Assembly (NCBI GenBank): GCA_963796455.1
Contig: CAWCLO010000001.1
Coordinates: 1,056,001 to 1,120,000 of the forward strand
DNA: 64,000 bases
From: Candidatus Sulfomarinibacteraceae bacterium
GTDB taxonomy: Bacteria > Acidobacteriota > Thermoanaerobaculia > Thermoanaerobaculales > Sulfomarinibacteraceae
Direction of reading: 5' to 3'
The notes under the pieces are model-generated. The model had not been told where the DNA came from and made no database searches. It saw nothing but the letters and a program-made list of their open reading frames with translations. A program made the translations under genes and the position numbers. Below, one piece after another: positions 39,949-49,222 of the stretch (within the stretch, counting starts at the first letter, position 1; each line of letters opens with the position of its first letter).

Positions 39949-41514
39949 ATGAGTCATCGCCTGCCGCCGGGAAAGGTACCGTGGGACATCGTTGGTCCGT
40001 TGCTCTCCGACGCACTTCCGCCGGAGGTCAAGCTCGGACCGGCGATCGGTGAAGACGCCGCCCTGGTCGAGATCGGCGGAGAAATGTGGGCGGTAGCCTC
40101 GGACCCGGTTTCCTTCACGGCCGCCGATGCCGGCCGATTGGCCGTGATCATCAACGCCAACGATGTGGCCGTCCGGGGCGCCCGACCGCAGTTTTTCCTC
40201 GCGGTCGGTCTGATTGCTCCGCACGAAGCCTCGGAGGATCGTGTACTGGATCTTCTGGGACAGGTCCGCGATGGCTGCCGGGAGGTGGGCGCCACCCTCA
40301 TCGGAGGGCATACTGAGGTCACCCCCGGTCTTCCCCACAGCATGGTCATCGGTACCATGCTCGGCAGAGTCGTGGACCGGCCTCTCACAACAGGCGGGCT
40401 GCGTGCCGGTGATCTCGTGGCCATGACCCGGTACGCGGGGCTCGAGGGCACCGCCATTCTTCTCGCCGAACACGGTCCGCGGCTGCGTGAGCTCTACGGC
40501 GAAAAAACGATGACGCAAAGTTCCGAGTCCTTTTCGGGTAACTGGCTGTTGGTCGCTCCCGAGGCGCTGAAGGCGGCGGCCTGCAGCGGTGTCACCGCTC
40601 TCCATGATGTGACCGAAGGAGGCGTGGGTGAAGCGCTGCACGAGATGGCGCGGGCCTCCGGCCTGTTGATCGAGGCCCGGCGAGATGATGTTCCCGTTCT
40701 GCCAGTGACCCGGTTGCTCAGTTCCGACCTCGGGATCGATCCTCTCGGGTTGATCGGTTCGGGAGCCGTGCTCATCGGTTGTAACCCATCGGGAAAGGGC
40801 GAGGTCGAAGAGGTCTTTTCAGAGCTCGGTGTTCCGCTGGCCTGGCTGGGACGAGCCATCCCCGCAGATCAAAAACCGACCTCCACACTCCCCCGCTTCT
40901 CACGCGATGAACTGCTCAAGACCGCCGTCATGAATGGCCTTCGCGCGGTCGTTTTCGATATGGACGGCACCCTGGTGGACTCCCACTACGATTGGCCGGC
41001 GATCCGCACCCGACTCGGGGTCGACGGGGCCTCCATCATCGATGACCTCAATACCCTGCCGGAGCCCGAACGCAGCAGCCGTTGGGCCGAACTGAGGTTG
41101 ATCGAGGACCGGGCGACCGCCGAGGCGACAGTGCACGACGGCGCTCCCGAACTGCTCGAACTTCTGGCGCAACACGGAATCAAGACCGCCCTGGTCACCA
41201 ACAACACCGATACCAACACCGAGGCGCTCGTCAAAAGATTCCAGCTTCAGTTCGACGTTATCCTGACCCGGGATTCCGGTCTGTACAAACCCTCGGGGGC
41301 ACCGATCAGCGAAGCGGTGCGCCGGCTCGGCTGCGAGCCCGGAGAGTGCCTCGCGGTCGGCGACTCACACTTCGACATTCTCGCCGCTCGCGAAGCCGGT
41401 CTGGCAGGAATCTGCGCCCTCAATGAAGGAGCAACGTACCACGCCGAAAAGGCTGATCTGAGCTTCTCCGATATCCCAGCCTTCGTCCGGTATCTCCAGA
41501 TCGTGCTCACCTGA
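39949..41514 (+). CDS. AIR synthase/HypE-like protein fused to a HAD-family phosphatase
   Basis: GEDAA, SDPV, NANDVA, GGHTEVT, LHDVTEGG, then FDMDGTLVD, VTNN, KP, VGDSHFD. Confidence 0.88.
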   Translation: MSHRLPPGKVPWDIVGPLLSDALPPEVKLGPAIGEDAALVEIGGEMWAVASDPVSFTAADAGRLAVIINANDVAVRGARPQFFLAVGLIAPHEASEDRVLDLLGQVRDGCREVGATLIGGHTEVTPGLPHSMVIGTMLGRVVDRPLTTGGLRAGDLVAMTRYAGLEGTAILLAEHGPRLRELYGEKTMTQSSESFSGNWLLVAPEALKAAACSGVTALHDVTEGGVGEALHEMARASGLLIEARRDDVPVLPVTRLLSSDLGIDPLGLIGSGAVLIGCNPSGKGEVEEVFSELGVPLAWLGRAIPADQKPTSTLPRFSRDELLKTAVMNGLRAVVFDMDGTLVDSHYDWPAIRTRLGVDGASIIDDLNTLPEPERSSRWAELRLIEDRATAEATVHDGAPELLELLAQHGIKTALVTNNTDTNTEALVKRFQLQFDVILTRDSGLYKPSGAPISEAVRRLGCEPGECLAVGDSHFDILAAREAGLAGICALNEGATYHAEKADLSFSDIPAFVRYLQIVLT

Positions 41515-41551
41515 GCCAATCGCCAGACGGAGAAAACGGAGATTCGGAGAA

Positions 41552-41719
41552 ACCGCAGATCACGCAGATGAACGCAGATAAACCACCACGTTCGCTATCG
41601 GAACCGATCGTGCGCCATTGTTTTTTTGAGTCAGCAAGCGAAAAATTGCAGGTGAAGCACTGCATCCCGACGTCGACGGAATTGCTCTCGTTTCTGCGTT
41701 TATCTGCGTGATCTGCGGT
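41552..41719. repeat. MITE-like element with 27-bp terminal inverted repeats built from CGCAGAT units
   Basis: 41552-41578 vs 41693-41719, one mismatch. Confidence 0.85.
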
Positions 41720-41745
41720 CTGCAGCTGGCGACGAGCGCGAGTAT

Positions 41746-42534
41746 TTACTGAGCCGACTCGGCGCCGAGCGCCGCACGGATTTCCCCCAGCTTGGCCTGT
41801 ATCAAACTCACATTCTCAGGGCCCATGCGGAGAAAATGGCGCTGAGCGTCGGAAAGCGCTTCCAGTTCGTCGTCGGACCAGGCGTAGGTCAGCACCAACT
41901 GGGTCACTTGCGGCGGCTGTTCCAGAACCGGGACCCCAAGGAGCTGATCAAAAGCGGCGTCGAGCCTGGAATCAAAGCTTCGGTTGGGAGGGCCGATCTC
42001 GGCATAAGCCTCGTCGATCAACGGTTTGAGCTCCCGGTAGAGGGCCACCGTGCCTTCGGTATCGAGGGAGGCGACGACCTGTGCGATCCGATCGTAACGT
42101 TGATAACTCGAGGACTCGATCACGAGGGTACCGTCGCTCTTTTCATCGACTTCGAAACCCTCTTTCGGGCGCAGAAAATCGAGCTGTGAACGAGGGCTCC
42201 GACCGGCGGCGATGTTGTCGACGGATGACGTGAATCGACGGACCAGATCCTCGTTGACGAGCCACGAGGCAAGCTGCGGATTGGACGAGAGAGCCGCCAT
42301 GAGCTCTTGGACCACCGCGTCGGAAGTGCTCAAGGTCGTGCCGGAGAGCCTCGACGAGAGCCTTTCCTCGAGACCCGGTGTCGGGGACGGTTCCGGCAGT
42401 GGAGTGGCAACCGTCATCACTTCATCAGGAGCATCGGTCCCATCCCGGTTCGAAAACCACCAGGCGACAAATCCTGCCACAACCAATAACAGCGCAAGGA
42501 AGATCGCGACGATGATACGTATATTGCCGGACAT
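41746..42534 (-). CDS. DUF3014-like membrane-anchored protein
   Basis: N-terminal TM; LVRRF...VDN, SYQRYD, PLIDEAYAEIG, LSDAQRHFLRMGPEN. Confidence 0.82.
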   Translation of the reverse strand: MSGNIRIIVAIFLALLLVVAGFVAWWFSNRDGTDAPDEVMTVATPLPEPSPTPGLEERLSSRLSGTTLSTSDAVVQELMAALSSNPQLASWLVNEDLVRRFTSSVDNIAAGRSPRSQLDFLRPKEGFEVDEKSDGTLVIESSSYQRYDRIAQVVASLDTEGTVALYRELKPLIDEAYAEIGPPNRSFDSRLDAAFDQLLGVPVLEQPPQVTQLVLTYAWSDDELEALSDAQRHFLRMGPENVSLIQAKLGEIRAALGAESAQ

Positions 42535-42576
42535 GGGAGACCTCCACTACCCAGGATACACGTCTCACCAGAACAA

Positions 42577-42660
42577 CGGAGAAACCGCAGATCACGCAGA
42601 TGAACGCAGATCAACCATCACAATCGCTTCTGGGAGCGAATGTCCGTCCGCGTGATTCGT
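42577..42660 (+). repeat. Second, partial copy of the CGCAGAT element
   Basis: 42577-42611 is identical to 41545-41579 (35 nt); looser similarity continues. Confidence 0.88.
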
Positions 42661-42671
42661 GAACGAACCCT

Positions 42672-43004
42672 AATTGCAGCGGCAGCGACAGTGTCCAGCG
42701 TCAGCGAGCAGCGACAGAGAACAGCAATCAGCGGCAGCGTTCAGGAGTCCAAGCGACGAAGTGGCCACCTCCGGATGGTTCAACAGAAGGAACAGCCGTT
42801 GTGGTGTAGGCGTCTCGCCTGCACACAGTGCGGCCGAGACGGCCGCACCACAAAGTCCGGAGCCCGAAGAAGTGAGTGCTGTTCGCTGTCCCGGCCGCTG
42901 ATAACTGATTGCTGCCGCTGACTCCTGATCACTGTCGCTGTCCCTGTCCCTGTACGCTATCCGAGACTCTGTCTTGGACAACAGTGATCCAGTATCCAGT
43001 ATCT
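42672..43004 (+). mobile_element. Four-helix-bundle element copy B, internally deleted, with REP-like doublet in place of the ORF
   Basis: CAG array, GGCCACCTCCGG..GTTCAACAG leader remnant, palindrome 42799-42853, CCGAAGAAGTGA ORF end, CTG array, TCTTGGACAACAGTGAT terminus. Confidence 0.85.
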
Positions 43005-43067
43005 GTCCCGGGTAACTTGATTGTGGCAAGCTGCCAATACGGTGCAAGCAACGGAACAGGAGCCCCG

Positions 43068-44597
43068 ATGATCGACCCCAAACTGAACCTGGCGCCCGCG
43101 GACGAACACAACCGGAAACTGGTTGCCAATGTCCATCCCTCCGACTGGCGCAATCCGAAACCGGATGGACGGTACAACATGGTGGTCCTCGGCGCCGGAA
43201 CCGCCGGTTTGGTGGCGGCCGCAGGAGCTGCAGGGATGGGCGCCAAGGTTGCTCTCGTTGAACGTTCTTTGATGGGGGGCGACTGCCTCAACGTCGGGTG
43301 CGTGCCGTCCAAGGCAATGATCCGGTCGGCCCATGTGGTACACGATCTTCGCACCGCCCATCGTTTGGGCGTCCGCCATTCCGGTGAGATCGAGGTGGAT
43401 TTTGCGCAGATCATGGAGCGCATGCGGAAGATCCGTGCCGGGATCTCGCCCCACGACAGCGCACAACGATTCAGCGACCACTACGGCATCGACGTCTTTT
43501 TTGGGTCCGCCGGTTTTACGAATCGCGCAACGATCGAGGTCGAGGGCACGGAACTTTCGTTTGCTCGGGCGGTGATCGCCACCGGTGCCCGCGCGGTGGT
43601 TCCGCCGGTACCCGGTCTCGAAGAAGCCGGATTCGTGACCAATCACAACGTTTTCAACCTCACCGAACTACCGCGCCGATTAGCGGTCATCGGTGGCGGC
43701 CCGATCGGTTGCGAACTGGCTCAGACCTTTGCTCGCCTCGGGTCCTTGGTCTCCATCATCGAGATGGGTGATCAATTTTTACCGCGCGAGGACCCTGATG
43801 CCGCTGCTCTGCTTCGAACCTCCCTCGAACGGGACGGAATCGATGTCCGGCTCTCGACCCGACTCGAACAAGTGATTTCAGCGGCAGCGGGCAAGGAACT
43901 GCAGATCGCCACTCCCAAGGGATTAGACCGGCTGGCTGTGGATGAAATACTGGTTGCCGTCGGGCGAAGACCGAATATCGAAGGCCTCAACCTCGAGGCG
44001 GCGGGCGTCGATTTCGACCACACAGGGGTCAAGATCAACGACTTCCTCCAGACCAGCAATCGCCGGATCTATGCATCCGGTGATATCTGCCTGCCCTACA
44101 GATTCACCCACACGGCCGATGCAAGCTCGCGGGCGGTGATCCAGAACGCGCTATTTCCGGGACCAAAGAAACGCCTCAGCCGACTCGTCATCCCCTGGTG
44201 TACCTACACGGATCCTGAAATTGCCCACGTCGGGATCTATGCCAGCGATGCAGAAGCCTCCGGCACCGAAATCGACACCTTTGAGTTCGCGATGAAGGAT
44301 GTGGACCGTGCCATCACCGATGGTGAAGAAGAAGGTTTTCTCAAGGTCCACGTCAAAAAAGGCTCGGACAGAATCCTCGGAGCCACGATCGTCGCGCGTC
44401 ATGCCGGCGAGCTCATCTCCGAGATCACCACCGCCATGGTCGCCGGCATGGGTCTCGGCGGTTTTTCGAGCGTCATCCACCCCTATCCGACCCGGATGGA
44501 AGTCATCCGCCGAGCAGCTGATATCTACAACCGCAACAAGTTGACGCCGCGGGTGGCAGGAATCCTCGATCGCTGGTTTACGTGGAAACGGAGATAG
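43068..44597 (+). CDS. Pyridine nucleotide-disulfide oxidoreductase (mercuric reductase/dihydrolipoamide dehydrogenase-like)
   Basis: GAGTAG, GGDCLNVGCVPSK, GGGPIGCE, HPYPT; no C-terminal Cys-Cys pair. Confidence 0.92.
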   Translation: MIDPKLNLAPADEHNRKLVANVHPSDWRNPKPDGRYNMVVLGAGTAGLVAAAGAAGMGAKVALVERSLMGGDCLNVGCVPSKAMIRSAHVVHDLRTAHRLGVRHSGEIEVDFAQIMERMRKIRAGISPHDSAQRFSDHYGIDVFFGSAGFTNRATIEVEGTELSFARAVIATGARAVVPPVPGLEEAGFVTNHNVFNLTELPRRLAVIGGGPIGCELAQTFARLGSLVSIIEMGDQFLPREDPDAAALLRTSLERDGIDVRLSTRLEQVISAAAGKELQIATPKGLDRLAVDEILVAVGRRPNIEGLNLEAAGVDFDHTGVKINDFLQTSNRRIYASGDICLPYRFTHTADASSRAVIQNALFPGPKKRLSRLVIPWCTYTDPEIAHVGIYASDAEASGTEIDTFEFAMKDVDRAITDGEEEGFLKVHVKKGSDRILGATIVARHAGELISEITTAMVAGMGLGGFSSVIHPYPTRMEVIRRAADIYNRNKLTPRVAGILDRWFTWKRR

Positions 44598-44631
44598 CAA
44601 AGGCTCCGGCGATGCAGTTGGATGGGCGCCG

Positions 44632-45159
44632 TCAGAAACCCTCGAGGACAGCGGTAACCAATGCGCTGGAAAACTCACGCGATAGCTCGGTCATGGCGAG
44701 ATTCTGGCGATCAAAGAAATCGACCGCCGAAGGATCGACCCGATACGAGGTGCGCCGGGAGAATGCCTTGTCTTCCCACAGAATCACGGCCTCTTCTCCG
44801 CGAATGTCCTTGAGCTGGACCAGGGCCTGCAGACTCATCTGATACTCGTTGGCACGCCCCTGCTCATCATAAGAGACCGGGATGATCGCCAGGCGTTGAA
44901 TAACGCCAGCCAACACCACATCGGCCTGTTCCGGGTTGTCGACCAGCCGCAGACGGCGGCGACGAACCCATTCCAGGGTCAATGCCTCCATCAGCCGCTG
45001 ATCAATATCGACCCATCGGGTCTGGTTCTTGAAGTTCTCGACGTAGAGGGTGTCGATCTCCTCGGGGAGAAATGAGGTCGTTCCGACAAGGTGATAGCCG
45101 CAGCCTGAAAGCTCGGCGATCAGCAGAATCATCACGATCAAACGGGCGGCGATCTTCAC
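44632..45159 (-). CDS. lptE: LptE-family LPS assembly lipoprotein
   Basis: Lipobox LSGCGYHL; about 175 aa; start inferred at GTG 45159. Confidence 0.78.
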   Translation of the reverse strand: MKIAARLIVMILLIAELSGCGYHLVGTTSFLPEEIDTLYVENFKNQTRWVDIDQRLMEALTLEWVRRRRLRLVDNPEQADVVLAGVIQRLAIIPVSYDEQGRANEYQMSLQALVQLKDIRGEEAVILWEDKAFSRRTSYRVDPSAVDFFDRQNLAMTELSREFSSALVTAVLEGF

Positions 45160-45235
45160 ACGCGAAAGGTACCACATGCGGGGCACAGGGAAAGGGAGAG
45201 AGGGAGAAGGACAGGTCCTAGGAGAGGGTCCGGGC

Positions 45236-46567
45236 TCAGCGCTTCTTCCGCTTTGTTTCCCGGATCTGCCGTATCTCCTGCAGGCGTTCGCTGATGCGAC
45301 GCTCCCAGCCGTATTCGGTTGGATCGTAGAATCGCTCATCCGCCAACTCGTCGGGCAGGCACTCGAGATCCGCCACCCCGCCTTCGTGGTCGTGGGCATA
45401 ACGATATCCCTCCCCATACCCGGCATCCTTCATCAGAGCGGTTGGCGCGTTGCGGATCGCCATCGGAATCGGAAGACCGGGCCGGCGACGGATCTCCTTC
45501 TTGACTCGGCCGTAGGCGGTGTAGAGGGCGTTGGATTTGGCTGCCAGCGCCAGATAGACCGCAGCCTGTGCGAGCGCCAGCTCACATTCCGGCATGCCTA
45601 CATGTTCGACCGAATGAGCCGCAGCAGCCACCTGCTGGAGCGCCCGGGGGTCGGCCATCCCGATGTCCTCCGAAGCCATCCGCAACATCCTCCGAACCAC
45701 GTAACGCGGATCGGCACCGCCCTGGAGCATTCGGCCGAGCCAGTAGAGGGATGCGTCGACATCGGAGTTTCGAACCGCCTTGTGGAGGGCCGAAATGAGG
45801 TTGAAGTGTTCCTCGCCTCCCTTGTCATATACCGCGACCACGTTCTGCGCGGCCCGCTCCACAAACCCGACATCCACGAGTCCGACGTCCTCCGATCGAG
45901 CCACGGCGACCGCGAGCTCGAGCAGATTCAGCGCCTGGCGCGCGTCGCCGGCAGCAATCGTCGCGATCAGCTCGAGGGCCCCGGCATCGACCTCGGGCGC
46001 CACAGCGCCAAGCCCTCGATCCGAGTCGGCCAGCGCCTTTTCCAGTAGCCCGGAGATCTCCGCCGGGCTCAGAGGATCGAGGATATAGACCTTGAGACGC
46101 GAAAGGAGCGCTCGATTGAGCTCGAAGGACGGGTTTTCGGTCGTCGCACCCACCAGCACGATGTCCCCCGCCTCCACGAACGGCAGGAAAGCATCCTGTT
46201 GGGCCCGATTGAAGCGATGAATCTCATCGACAAAGAGCACCGTGCGGCGGCCTTCCGCCTGGCGCAGGCGACGGGCATCGGTCATCACGGCTCGAGCTTC
46301 CTTGACCCCGGACAAAACCGCCGAAAAGGTCACCATCTCGGCCCCGGCTGCCTCGGCCAACAACCTGGCAATGGTCGTTTTACCGGTTCCCGGCGGGCCC
46401 CAGAAGACCATCGATGGGAGGTCTCCCCGCGCCAGGAGGGACCGGATCACGCCCTCGTTGCCGACCAGCGCGGGTTGTCCCACGACCTGATCGAGATCGC
46501 GCGGTCGCATACGCTCGGCGAGGGGGCCTACGGAGGGATCATCCGGAAACAGCGTCGATTGTCCCAA
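45236..46567 (-). CDS. rarA: Replication-associated recombination protein A
   Basis: [56 protein letters not shown]. Confidence 0.96.
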   Translation of the reverse strand: MGQSTLFPDDPSVGPLAERMRPRDLDQVVGQPALVGNEGVIRSLLARGDLPSMVFWGPPGTGKTTIARLLAEAAGAEMVTFSAVLSGVKEARAVMTDARRLRQAEGRRTVLFVDEIHRFNRAQQDAFLPFVEAGDIVLVGATTENPSFELNRALLSRLKVYILDPLSPAEISGLLEKALADSDRGLGAVAPEVDAGALELIATIAAGDARQALNLLELAVAVARSEDVGLVDVGFVERAAQNVVAVYDKGGEEHFNLISALHKAVRNSDVDASLYWLGRMLQGGADPRYVVRRMLRMASEDIGMADPRALQQVAAAAHSVEHVGMPECELALAQAAVYLALAAKSNALYTAYGRVKKEIRRRPGLPIPMAIRNAPTALMKDAGYGEGYRYAHDHEGGVADLECLPDELADERFYDPTEYGWERRISERLQEIRQIRETKRKKR

Positions 46568-46570
46568 GCT

Positions 46571-46879
46571 TCATCCCTGCGCGCGTTCCGATTCCATCTT
46601 CGATCGGTGCTGACAGTGCTCGCTGCAAAAGACACGGCGGTCGCCGCTCGTCAGCGCCCGGCCGGCCGGCACAAAGGTCCCACACGCGGAGCACTCGACG
46701 AGATCTTCAGTAGTCGGCGAAGAGTTCTCGGACCATTTCTGCCGTCGCCGACGGGCCTCGGGAGAATAGCGGCTGAAGCTGTCCGCACCGGGGGAGCGTT
46801 CTGAGAGTCTCCGCCCGATCGCGGCGAGTATGCGCCACACGACCAAAAGCACAGCGACGACAAGCAGAATACGTTGCAT
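46571..46879 (-). CDS. Small membrane-anchored protein with zinc-finger-like motif (PP0621-like)
   Basis: TM helix, then LVECSACGTFVP...FCSEHC. Confidence 0.75.
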   Translation of the reverse strand: MQRILLVVAVLLVVWRILAAIGRRLSERSPGADSFSRYSPEARRRRQKWSENSSPTTEDLVECSACGTFVPAGRALTSGDRRVFCSEHCQHRSKMESERAQG

Positions 46880-46947
46880 GAATCGTTCCTCCGAAGACGG
46901 GGAGGTTGAGTATACGCCAACATCAATACTCGGATCTGAAATCTCGA

Positions 46948-47748
46948 ATCACTGTTGTCCGAGAACACGGGCGGCAACGTCAGTGTCCAGCGACAGGGAC
47001 AGGGACAGGGACAGGGCAGTGTTCCGTGTTCAGCGATCAGCGGCAGCGGCAGCGGCAGCGGCAGTGAGCAGCGACAGGGAACAGCTGTCAGCGATCAGTG
47101 TTCATCGGCAGCGATCAGGTGTCCAGTCGGCGAAATGGCCACCTCCGGGTCGTTCAACAGGAAGGGGTAGCCGGTGGGCGGCCGATGTCAAGGACAGGCA
47201 GGGTGCAGGGCATCCTTGACATCGGCCACCACACCGGCATGTGGGAATGGGCATGAACGACCCGGAGGTGACCATGTCCTCAGCCGCCACGAACACCAAC
47301 CTCGTTGCCCACTCGAAAGCCCTCGAAGCAGCAGGAATCGCGATCAAGCTTGTAATGAGGGTTCCATCGCCGCTGAAGTCCATAGCCGATCAGGTAATCC
47401 GTTCGGCAAGTTCAGTCCCAGCGAACCTGGCAGAAGGGCACGGTCGATTCGGTAGAGACCGGTCCAACCACTGGAGAATCGCCTACGCCTCGGCGAAGGA
47501 GGTCGACAGTCACCTGAAGCTCCTCGCACAGGCCGGGGCGATCAGCCGAACAGCCGCCCGTGAAGCGATGAAAGCCTTCGATGAGGTACGTGCCATGACC
47601 TGGCGGCTATTGAATCCGAAGAAATGAGCGCTGTTCGCTGTCGCTGACTTCTGTTAGCTGACCCTGTCCGCTGTCGCTGCCGCTGGACTCTGCCGCTGCC
47701 GCCGGTCACTGAACGCCGTCCAGGACACTGTCCAGGGGAATGGTGAAT
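46948..47748 (+). mobile_element. Four-helix-bundle element copy C (intact)
   Basis: TIR-like end, CAG array, 140-nt hairpin, ORF, CTG array. Mobility is inferred from copy number only. Confidence 0.75.
47274..47627 (+). CDS. Four helix bundle protein (23S rRNA IVP/Avd-like family), 117 aa
   Basis: DQVIRSASSVPANLAEGHGR and IAYASAKE motifs; GGAGGTG RBS before ATG 47274. Confidence 0.92.
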   Translation: MSSAATNTNLVAHSKALEAAGIAIKLVMRVPSPLKSIADQVIRSASSVPANLAEGHGRFGRDRSNHWRIAYASAKEVDSHLKLLAQAGAISRTAAREAMKAFDEVRAMTWRLLNPKK

Positions 47749-47767
47749 TCGAATTTCGGAATCGGCG

Positions 47768-48367
47768 CTAACCGCCGAGGACCTCGCTTTCGAGACCCGA
47801 GAGATCGGGGATCGAGGGATTGTTTGTTTTCAGTTCTTTCAAACGGGCGAGTGCGGCTGCCGCCGCTTCGTGATCGTGGGTGTCGAATTGGTAGATGATG
47901 ACCTTGTTGTACCAGGCCTGCCAATGCTCGGGATGGATCTCGATCGCGCGATCAAGTTTCTCGACCGCAATCTGAGGCTGCTTCAAGTTCCGATAGACCA
48001 CCGCCAGGTCCGTCAGGACATTCGCGTCATTCGGTACAATTTGCAGAGATTTCTCGTACCAACTCCGGGCGTCCTCCCAACTCGAGGCATCAAAGAAGGC
48101 ATTGCCCATTGCCGCCATCAATCCAGGGTCATTGGGATTCGAGGCCATCAATCCCTGAATCTCCGAGATTTGTTGCTGTAATCGCTGTGCTTCGGCGGCT
48201 GCCGCCTGATCGATCGGTGGGTGTCCATCGGGCAGAGCCTCTCCCTGCGCGGCCGCAGGCGCGAGGGCCTTGTTCGGGGGTACCGGCTGCCTTTCGGCAA
48301 AGACGTAGCCCAGGACGAGACCGACCATCAACCCAATTACAAGCGTGAACCACGGATTTCGAAACAT
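47768..48367 (-). CDS. Membrane-anchored TPR protein
   Basis: TM helix, LPDGHPPI motif, TPR repeats; GGAGGAGG RBS. Confidence 0.82.
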   Translation of the reverse strand: MFRNPWFTLVIGLMVGLVLGYVFAERQPVPPNKALAPAAAQGEALPDGHPPIDQAAAAEAQRLQQQISEIQGLMASNPNDPGLMAAMGNAFFDASSWEDARSWYEKSLQIVPNDANVLTDLAVVYRNLKQPQIAVEKLDRAIEIHPEHWQAWYNKVIIYQFDTHDHEAAAAALARLKELKTNNPSIPDLSGLESEVLGG

Positions 48368-48467
48368 CTGAAAAAACCTCCTCCGGCCGGAATCGGCCAG
48401 GAACGGGGAATTTAGCACGAATCGGCGAAAGATGTCCCGCCCGGCATTCGAAAAATGGTGATGGCCC

Positions 48468-49187
48468 CTATTCGGTGTCGACGACCCGTGTCGCTGTCCA
48501 GGTGCCGGAGGAAGGAAGACCACTCGCCAGTTGAGTCGCTTCCCAACTGCCCTGAAGACGCTGACCGCTGCCGGTGCCGACCAGGCGTCCATAAAAAATC
48601 GCCGCAAAACCGATCTGCGAATCGATTCGTTCCAACCGGACCTTGCCAGCAACGAAGGTACCGCGGAAGGACCCGGAAAAGCCTCCCGACAAAGCGTAGG
48701 TACCGCTGACAAGGGTGCCCTGCTGTTGCAGGAAGATCAGACCCTCCTGGCCGGGGTCGACATTAACCTGCCAGGTTCCGGAGAGAGGAGCCGATCCGCC
48801 GCCGACCGCCGCGTTGAGCCGCTGAATCTCCTCGTTGATGGCCGCCAACATCGTCGCGTTCTCGAGCAACGAGCGCCGCAATTGTTGCGCCTTGAAAAGA
48901 CCATCGAGCATGGCGCTCTCGATCTGCCGGATATCGTCATCCCGAAGACGAAGGCTTTCGGCCGTCTCACCCTGTTGCTGGGCCCTGAGGAGATTGCTCG
49001 ACTGCATATCCAATCGCGACCAGATTTCGGTCAGGTTCTCTCGGACTTCAACCAGTTCCTGCATCTGCCCGGCCAGAATGCCTTCTCGAATCTTGGCCTG
49101 TCCGCGGAGGCTCTCGACCACCTGAGAGTTCGCAACTATCGGTTGCAGCAGCGCGACGACTCCAACGAGAAGTGCGGCTCGTTTCAT
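48468..49187 (-). CDS. Exported hypothetical protein (coiled coil plus beta domain)
   Basis: Signal peptide MKRAALL; coiled coil; LSGTW...GTWTATR. Confidence 0.75.
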   Translation of the reverse strand: MKRAALLVGVVALLQPIVANSQVVESLRGQAKIREGILAGQMQELVEVRENLTEIWSRLDMQSSNLLRAQQQGETAESLRLRDDDIRQIESAMLDGLFKAQQLRRSLLENATMLAAINEEIQRLNAAVGGGSAPLSGTWQVNVDPGQEGLIFLQQQGTLVSGTYALSGGFSGSFRGTFVAGKVRLERIDSQIGFAAIFYGRLVGTGSGQRLQGSWEATQLASGLPSSGTWTATRVVDTE

Positions 49188-49222
49188 CCGGCGCTCCCCT
49201 TCCGCCCTTTGATGGACCCTGC

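Noticed and set aside
43068..44597. True mercuric reductase merA
   Set aside because: No C-terminal Cys-Cys, no NmerA domain and no mer operon.
47241..47273. Upstream starts (MGMGMND...) for the four-helix-bundle ORFs
   Set aside because: They lie inside the hairpin without an RBS; GGAGGTG precedes ATG 47274 and its counterpart GAAGGTG precedes ATG 53038.
47274..47627. 23S rRNA intervening sequence
   Set aside because: Flanks are protein-coding genes and repeats; no rRNA sequence.
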